Shown here: piece after piece, positions 1 to 4,510 of the stretch | How the letters are laid out: each line of letters opens with the position of its first letter | Position numbering within the stretch: position 1 is the first letter of the stretch | DNA from: a virus | Taxonomy: Duplodnaviria; Heunggongvirae; Uroviricota; Caudoviricetes | Reading direction: 5' to 3' (one strand) | Virus record (IMG/VR): IMGVR_UViG_2671180680_000008 | Length of the DNA stretch: 4,510 bases | Program-made: the position numbers and the translations under genes | The notes under the pieces: generated by a model | Database searches by the model: none | The model's input: the letters and a program-made list of their open reading frames with translations, nothing else | Told to the model about the DNA's origin: nothing

Positions 1-66
1 CTGCATGACAAAGTCATCGGGCATTATCTGAACATAAAACACTATCAATAAGTTGGAGTCATTACC
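1..66 (+). mobile_element. insB: IS1 terminal fragment: 3' end of insB plus the 23-bp right inverted repeat (44-66)
   Basis: Bases 1-51 translate in frame 1 to LHDKVIGHYLNIKHYQ-stop, which I recognise as the InsB C-terminus. Bases 44-66 (atcaataagttggagtcattacc) are the reverse complement of the IS1 IRR ggtaatgactccaacttattgat. The IS1 body lies left of the window. Identity is from memory of the IS1 sequence, not a search. Confidence 0.93.
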
Positions 67-448
67 CGTTAAAACATCTGCAGATAATGACGTTGACTTG
101 GATACAGATGGATTCAGACAACTGAGGATATCGTGCCCATCCCCTTCTGCCAGCGGTGCGATTATATTGAGAAAAGCTTCTTATGAATTCGGCAAAAGTA
201 TAGGTGTATTTGATTTTGCAAACAATGCATCACCAGCGACGATGACATTTTTGATCCCAATATATAAAGATGATGATTTTGATTCAGATACTGTTGGTTT
301 TACATTTGCGTTCAAGATGCCAAGAGGCCAGTTTTTTGTAGATGTAAAAGAAAACGGGAATATCAGAGCTGGAGTTAATGTTAATGGCGAGTCGGGAGTG
401 ACCTACGAAAATTGCAAATTGAATATGAAAGATATTAATGATGATTAA
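67..448 (+). CDS. AT-rich hypothetical protein, probably a 3' gene remnant whose 5' end was cut by IS1; function unknown
   Basis: Frame 2 is open from base 38 (inside IS1) to TAA at 446-448, at least 127 codons. Hand counts give 37% GC for 181-240 and 28% for 241-300, so an open frame this long is unlikely by chance in such stop-rich sequence. A strong intrinsic terminator follows immediately. The ORF-track start at 53 is a TTG inside IS1 and is not credible; the first in-frame ATG is at 242 with no Shine-Dalgarno. I recognise no family motif. Confidence 0.5.
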
Positions 449-455
449 TATATAA

Positions 456-480
456 GCCGCCAGAAATTGGCGGTTTTTTT
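456..480 (+). terminator. Rho-independent terminator after the AT-rich ORF
   Basis: GC-rich stem ccgcca (457-462) pairs with tggcgg (468-473) around loop gaaat, followed by a 7-T run (474-480), starting 8 nt after the stop codon. Confidence 0.75.
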
Positions 481-485
481 ATAGT

Positions 486-490
486 GGAGA
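486..490 (+). promoter_or_regulatory. Shine-Dalgarno (GGAGA) for the N-like gene
   Basis: GGAGA lies 4 nt upstream of ATG 495. Confidence 0.5.
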
Positions 491-494
491 CAGT

Positions 495-1886
495 ATGGAC
501 TTACCTTCTTTACCTTCTCTTTCTTCACTCTTTTCTGCATCTTCAGGTATCAATTGGCGCGATAATCTTTACGACGCTTCATTTCGTGGCGTTCCGTTTT
601 CGGTGGAGAGCGACGAGGGTTCGTTCGGACGCCGCGTTCAGGTCCATGAATACCCAAACCGTGACAAACCGTACACGGAAGATCTCGGGCGTGCCACGCG
701 ACGGCTGACGATTAATGCGTATCTCGTTGGTGATGATTACGCAGAGCAGCGCGACAGGCTGATTACAGCGATTGAAACCGCCGGGCCGGGGACGCTGATC
801 CATCCGCAGTTCGGTGAAATGCAGGGCTGTATTGACGGGCAGGTGACCGTTTCTCACTCCGGCACTGAAGGCCGTATGTGCCGGGTTTCATTTCAGTTTG
901 TTGAGAGCGGGGAACTGTCATTTCCGGTCGCCGGAGCTGCAACCGCCAGAAAACTGGAGGAGTCGTCCGTATTCCTGGATGAGTTGATTGAAGACATGTT
1001 CGGCGATTTTGATCTCGCGGGAATACCGGACTTTATTCAGAACGATGTTATTGCCCGGACGACCGATATGCTGGGAACCGTTCAGACAGCTTTCAAAATG
1101 GTTAATTCGGCTGTTTCTGCCGGAGCGAGACTACTGCAGGGCGATTTATCCGTCATTCTGATGCCGCCGTCGGTTGCCAGTGATTTTGTGCATACGTTGC
1201 AGGATACCTGGCGGGCCGGAACCCGGCTGGTGGATAACACACAGGATCTGGTGCAGTCCATAACGACAATGTCCGGCATTACGCTGGACCCAGGACTGGC
1301 ACCGCGTGCGGTGTGGCCCACAGATTCCGCATCGGTTATCAGGCAAAAACAGCAGACAAACCTTGTGGCTGCTGTCATCCGGACGACGGCAATCAGCGAA
1401 GCCACAAGGGCGGTCACTTCACTGCCACAACCCGGAAGCCTGGTGAAAAATCAGCAGGCGGTTGTGGCTGTTGGTGGTTCCACTGAACGTCAGTCCGATA
1501 TTATTCACGTTTCTCATCCGGCACTTGACAGCGTGGCAGCCAGCACAGGACAGGATGAGAGAGCGCAACCACCCACGCGGGAAAATCTCACCATCATACG
1601 CAAATCGCTGAACGCGGCGATTGAACAGGAGCTCAGGCGTACGGCGGATGACAGGCTGTTTTTTCAGCTGACGTCATTACGTACAGAACTGAACCGGGAT
1701 ATTCAGGCGCGTCTGGTTCAGACGGAGGAAACCGCAGAGCGAACGCCAGCGGAAGTTCTGCCTGCGCTTGTTCTGGCTGCGTCATGGTACGACGATGCGT
1801 CCCGTGAAACTGATATCCTGGATCGAAATGCCATCTCTCATCCGGGCTTTGTTCCGGTCAGGGCATTAAGGGTACCCGTCAGATGA
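495..1886 (+). CDS. Phage DNA-circularisation protein (Mu N-like, 463 aa)
   Basis: Uninterrupted 463-codon ORF. The N-terminal region (WRDNLYDASFRGVPFSVESDEGSFGRRVQVHEYPNRDKPYTEDLGR) matches my recollection of the conserved DNA_circ_N-type motif of Mu N-family proteins. Position directly upstream of P/V/gp46/gp47 homologues fits Mu gene order. Not confirmed by search. Confidence 0.82.
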   Translation: MDLPSLPSLSSLFSASSGINWRDNLYDASFRGVPFSVESDEGSFGRRVQVHEYPNRDKPYTEDLGRATRRLTINAYLVGDDYAEQRDRLITAIETAGPGTLIHPQFGEMQGCIDGQVTVSHSGTEGRMCRVSFQFVESGELSFPVAGAATARKLEESSVFLDELIEDMFGDFDLAGIPDFIQNDVIARTTDMLGTVQTAFKMVNSAVSAGARLLQGDLSVILMPPSVASDFVHTLQDTWRAGTRLVDNTQDLVQSITTMSGITLDPGLAPRAVWPTDSASVIRQKQQTNLVAAVIRTTAISEATRAVTSLPQPGSLVKNQQAVVAVGGSTERQSDIIHVSHPALDSVAASTGQDERAQPPTRENLTIIRKSLNAAIEQELRRTADDRLFFQLTSLRTELNRDIQARLVQTEETAERTPAEVLPALVLAASWYDDASRETDILDRNAISHPGFVPVRALRVPVR

Positions 1887-2971
1887 ATGATACCGTTTTA
1901 CTTCGGGTTTCCGGTCGCGAATGGGGCGGCTGGACATCCGTCCGTATCAGTGCGGGCATTAACCGTATTGCCCGGGATTTTAATGTTGCCATTACCACCC
2001 GCTGGCCCGGAAGCCGGGATTATCAACCCCGGATAAAAAATGGTGAGCTGGTTGAAGTGCTTATCGGGGATGAGCCTGTGCTCACCGGATATGTGGAGGC
2101 ACTACCGCTTCGTTATGACGCCAGCAGCGTCAGCATGGGAATTGTCGGGCGAAGCAAAACAGCCGATCTGGTTGACTGCTCTGCTTTGCCACTCCAGCAG
2201 AGCGGAAAAAACCTGCTCAGAATAGTCAGTGAACTGGCTGCGCCATTTGGCATCACCGTTGTTGATGCTGGCGTGCCGCAGACAGCGGTGATTGATGCCC
2301 AGCCGGAACACGGCGAAACCGTTGCCGATTGTCTTAACCGGTTACTGGGGCAGGTTCAGACGCTGGCTTATGACGATGAATGCGGGCGACTGGTTCTGGG
2401 AAAACCCGGAACAGGTAAAGCGGCGACGGCGCTGGTGCTGGTGCTGGTGCTGGGAGAGAATATTCTTTCCTGTGACACGGAAAGAAGCATCAGAGAGCGG
2501 TTTTCTGAATATCAGGTCAGTGGGCAGCGCCCGGGCAACGACGATGATTTTGGTGAGGCCACCATTGCCGCAATACGTCAGACCATTCAGGACAGTGGCG
2601 TGACCCGTTATCGCCCTTTGTTGATTCAGCAGTCAGGCACAGCAACGACAGCAACCTGTAAGGCCCGTTGTGAATTTGAAGCGCGCCAACGGGCTGCGCT
2701 TACCCGTGAGACAACATATACGGTTCAGGGCTGGCGGCAGGGCAGTGGCGCGTTATGGCGTCCGGGGTTATCTGTCATCGTTTTCGACCCGCTGAATAAT
2801 TTTGATAATGATGAACTGGTGATCGCAGAAGTTACCTATAACCAGGACGACCGGGGCACGACGACTGAATTACGGGTTGGCCCGGCAGATGCTTATCTCC
2901 CCGAGCCTGTTACCGCCAGGAAGAAAAAAATGTTGAGGAGGATTTCTGATGAACGGGTTTTCTCTTCGTAA
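1883..2971 (+). CDS. Phage tail/baseplate hub protein (Mu P / P2 gpD-like, 362 aa)
   Basis: 362-codon ORF whose ATG (1883) overlaps the N stop codon (ATGA at 1883-1886), indicating translational coupling. Size and position between N-like and gp45-like genes match the Mu P (gp44) slot. Confidence 0.78.
   Translation: MNDTVLLRVSGREWGGWTSVRISAGINRIARDFNVAITTRWPGSRDYQPRIKNGELVEVLIGDEPVLTGYVEALPLRYDASSVSMGIVGRSKTADLVDCSALPLQQSGKNLLRIVSELAAPFGITVVDAGVPQTAVIDAQPEHGETVADCLNRLLGQVQTLAYDDECGRLVLGKPGTGKAATALVLVLVLGENILSCDTERSIRERFSEYQVSGQRPGNDDDFGEATIAAIRQTIQDSGVTRYRPLLIQQSGTATTATCKARCEFEARQRAALTRETTYTVQGWRQGSGALWRPGLSVIVFDPLNNFDNDELVIAEVTYNQDDRGTTTELRVGPADAYLPEPVTARKKKMLRRISDERVFSS
2432..2452 (+). repeat. 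In-frame tandem hexamer (CTGGTG) x3.5 inside the P-like gene, encoding LVLVLVL
   Basis: Direct read: ctg gtg ctg gtg ctg gtg ctg at 2432-2452, in the P reading frame (protein segment ATALVLVLVLGEN). Confidence 0.9.
2935..2941 (+). promoter_or_regulatory. Shine-Dalgarno (GAGGAGG) for the gp45/V-like gene, embedded in the 3' end of the P-like gene
   Basis: GAGGAGG lies 7 nt upstream of ATG 2949, which is 23 nt before the P stop at 2969-2971. Confidence 0.6.
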
Positions 2972-3249
2972 TCTGATTTCCCGGGCTGTCATCACGGCGG
3001 TGGATTCCGCCAGAAAGTGTCAGTCTGTAGGGTTGAAAATGATAGCCGGAGATCAGAAACAACACGTTGAGCACCTTGAACCTTATGGTTTTACATCTGC
3101 CGCACAGAACGGTGCTGAGGGCGTTGCTTTATTTCCGGCGGGCGATCGTTCTCATGGTGTGGTTGTGGTCGTGGCTGACAGACGTTACCGGCTGAAAGGA
3201 CTGAAACGTGGGGAAGTGGCGCTTTATGACGATCTGGGACAGTCCGTTG
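2949..3249 (+). CDS. Baseplate spike / assembly protein V (Mu gp45-like); 5' portion only, 3' end lost in the N-gap
   Basis: About 100 codons are visible. The segment HVEHLEPYGFTSAAQNGAEGVALFPAGDRSHGVVVVVADRRYRLKGLKRGEVALYDDLG resembles the conserved core of gp45/gpV spike proteins as I recall them. Strong RBS; overlaps the P 3' end. The C-terminus lies in the unresolved gap. Confidence 0.72.
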
Positions 3250-3489
3250 NNNNNNNNNNNNNNNNNNNNNNNNNNNNNNNNNNNNNNNNNNNNNNNNNNN
3301 NNNNNNNNNNNNNNNNNNNNNNNNNNNNNNNNNNNNNNNNNNNNNNNNNNNNNNNNNNNNNNNNNNNNNNNNNNNNNNNNNNNNNNNNNNNNNNNNNNNN
3401 NNNNNNNNNNNNNNNNNNNNNNNNNNNNNNNNNNNNNNNNNNNNNNNNNNNNNNNNNNNNNNNNNNNNNNNNNNNNNNNNNNNNNNNNN
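3250..3489. other. Assembly gap: 240 N
   Basis: Direct read of an uninterrupted n run. True length is unknown, so the frame relationship across it cannot be trusted. Confidence 0.99.
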
Positions 3490-3858
3490 TCGATCGACCT
3501 TCTGACGCGTGCTGTGATTATTTCGCTTTTTACATGGCGGCGTGCCGGGCGTGATGATGCACCACGGATATTTGGATGGTGGGGGGATACCTGGCCTGCG
3601 GTTCAGAATGATCGCACGGGGTCGCGTTTGTATCTGTTGCGACGCAGCAAGCTGACAAATAAAACCCCGCAGCTTGCCAGAGATTATGTCCGTGAGGCGC
3701 TGGCGTGGATGGTGGAGGATGGTGTTGCTTCCCGTCTTGATATTAACGCTGTCCGGACCGGGACAGACTCGCTGGCACTTGCCATTACCATTTACCAGCG
3801 TGACGGCAATATTCACAACATTATTTTTGATGATATCTGGAGTGAACTGAATGGCTGA
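3490..3858 (+). CDS. Baseplate protein gp46-like (Mu gp46 family); 3' portion only, 5' end in the N-gap
   Basis: 123 codons are open in frame 1 from the gap edge to TGA 3856-3858. It contains FGWWGD and GSRLYLLRRSKLT, motifs I associate with the Phage_GP46 family. The stop overlaps the next gene's start (ATGGCTGA). Confidence 0.75.
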   Translation, partial: SIDLLTRAVIISLFTWRRAGRDDAPRIFGWWGDTWPAVQNDRTGSRLYLLRRSKLTNKTPQLARDYVREALAWMVEDGVASRLDINAVRTGTDSLALAITIYQRDGNIHNIIFDDIWSELNG

Positions 3859-4444
3859 CAGTCAGTTTTATCGCCCCGGCCTCCCGCAACTTATTTCTAT
3901 GATCCGGAGCGATTTATTAACCCGCTTTGAGCAGGATACGCTGCTTCGTCGTATGGATGCGGAAGTGTATGCCCGTGTACAGGCTGCAGCCGTACACACG
4001 TTGTACGGGTATATCGATTATCTTGCCAGAAATCTGTTACCGGACGTGTGTGATGAAGACTGGCTGTACCGGCACGCCAGAATCAAACGCTGCCCGCGAA
4101 AAGAAGCGGTGGCAGCCCGGGGATTTGTGCGCTGGGATGGCGTAGAGGGGACGCCGGTATTGCCAGCGGGAACGCAGATCCAGCGTGATAATCAGGTGAC
4201 CTTTACCACGACGGCGACGGTGACCGCAGCCGATGGTCTTCTCCGGGTGCCTGTTGTGGCAGACGAACCGGGATCGGCGGGGAATACGGATGATGGTATT
4301 GCCATGCAACTGGGAACACCCGTCAGTGGTCTGCCGTCCACAGGGTACGCTGACACCATTACAGACGGTGAAGATATTGAAAATCTGGAAATATGGCGTG
4401 CCCGCGTTATGGAACGTTATTACTACATTCCACAGGGGGGCGCA
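3851..4444 (+). pseudogene. Baseplate J-like protein (Mu gp47-like), cut after about 198 codons by the IS1 insertion
   Basis: ATG at 3851 overlaps the gp46 stop. Frame 2 is open from 3851 to the window end, reading into the IS1 inverted repeat at 4445. It is not in the ORF track because no stop occurs in the window. Family call rests on position after gp46 and general similarity to baseplate-J N-terminal regions, so it is less certain than the truncation itself. Confidence 0.72.
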
Positions 4445-4510
4445 GGTAATGACTCCAACTTATTGATAGTGTTTTATGTTCAGATAATGCCCGATGACTT
4501 TGTCATGCAG
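4445..4510 (-). mobile_element. insB: IS1 terminal fragment (IRR at 4445-4467 plus insB 3' end on the minus strand), inverted relative to the left copy
   Basis: Bases 4445-4510 are the exact reverse complement of bases 1-66, checked by eye base by base. They start with ggtaatgactccaacttattgat, the IS1 IRR. The IS1 body lies right of the window. Confidence 0.93.

Noticed and set aside
53-55. TTG start of the 131-aa ORF given in the ORF track
   Set aside because: It lies inside the IS1 inverted repeat and has no RBS. It is an ORF-finder artefact; the frame is simply open across the IS1 junction.
1226-1233. Chi octamer GCTGGTGG inside the N-like gene
   Set aside because: Chi sites occur every few kb in enterobacterial DNA. 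A single copy in 4.5 kb is expected background.
579-1417. Minus-strand ORFs 579-857, 1082-1417 and 1146-1346 antisense to the N-like gene
   Set aside because: They are fully embedded in a confident 463-codon gene with recognisable motifs and have odd Cys/Arg-rich translations. Typical antisense shadow ORFs in GC-rich coding DNA.
484-2603. Alternative-frame plus-strand ORFs 484-708, 2040-2225 and 2292-2603, and minus ORF 2102-2311
   Set aside because: They overlap the N-like and P-like genes out of frame. The 2292-2603 translation contains WCWCWCW, which is just the hexamer repeat read off-frame.
457-3006. 10-mer ccgccagaaa recurring at 457-466, 944-953 and 2997-3006
   Set aside because: The copies sit in unrelated contexts (terminator stem and two coding regions) with no shared flanks or spacing, so this is most likely coincidence in GC-rich codon usage. 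Only a genome-wide word-frequency count would settle it.
3091-3816. 241-aa minus-strand ORF and the plus ORFs 2949-3554 and 3208-3858 drawn across the N-gap
   Set aside because: Continuity across 240 unknown bases is meaningless. The post-gap tail of the gp45 frame (DRPSDACCDYFAFYMAACRA) and the pre-gap head of the gp46 frame (MGKWRFMTIWDSPL) do not look like real protein. Only 2949-3249 and 3490-3858 are supported.
3927-4466. Small ORFs 3927-4145 (+), 4037-4309 (-) and 4233-4466 (+)
   Set aside because: They are embedded in the gp47-like frame, which is open for about 198 codons and translationally coupled to gp46. The 4233-4466 ORF also runs into the IS1 repeat.
1-4510. Active IS1 composite transposon carrying cargo
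   Set aside because: The cargo is truncated phage structural genes with no selectable or accessory function visible, and the IS1 copies are inverted and interrupt genes at both junctions. IS1-mediated decay of a prophage is the more economical reading, though mobility is not excluded.
1-4510. CRISPR arrays, tRNA/rRNA genes, or defence and toxin-antitoxin systems
   Set aside because: No spaced direct repeats, no cloverleaf-compatible conserved tRNA motifs, and no reading frames outside the phage tail set other than the AT-rich orphan. Nothing in the sequence supports such a call.

Overview
The window is a 4.4-kb fragment of a Mu-like phage tail/baseplate gene cluster, bracketed by two inverted partial IS1 copies (1-66 and 4445-4510). 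All tail genes are on the + strand and tightly coupled: DNA-circularisation protein N-like, baseplate hub P-like, spike gp45/V-like, gp46-like, and the 5' part of a baseplate-J/gp47-like gene. The right IS1 cuts the gp47-like gene; the tape-measure, sheath and tube genes expected upstream of N are absent. In their place is a compositionally foreign AT-rich ORF (about 30-37% GC against about 52% in the tail genes, by hand count) that abuts the left IS1 and ends at a strong intrinsic terminator just before N. A 240-nt N run (3250-3489) hides the gp45/gp46 junction. I see no rRNA, tRNA, CRISPR array or recognisable defence or toxin system. The best reading is a defective prophage remnant in an IS1-rich enterobacterial genome (Shigella/E. 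coli-like; host guess is inference only). The only element I cannot explain is the AT-rich orphan ORF. All protein-family calls are from motif recall and gene order, not from a database search.
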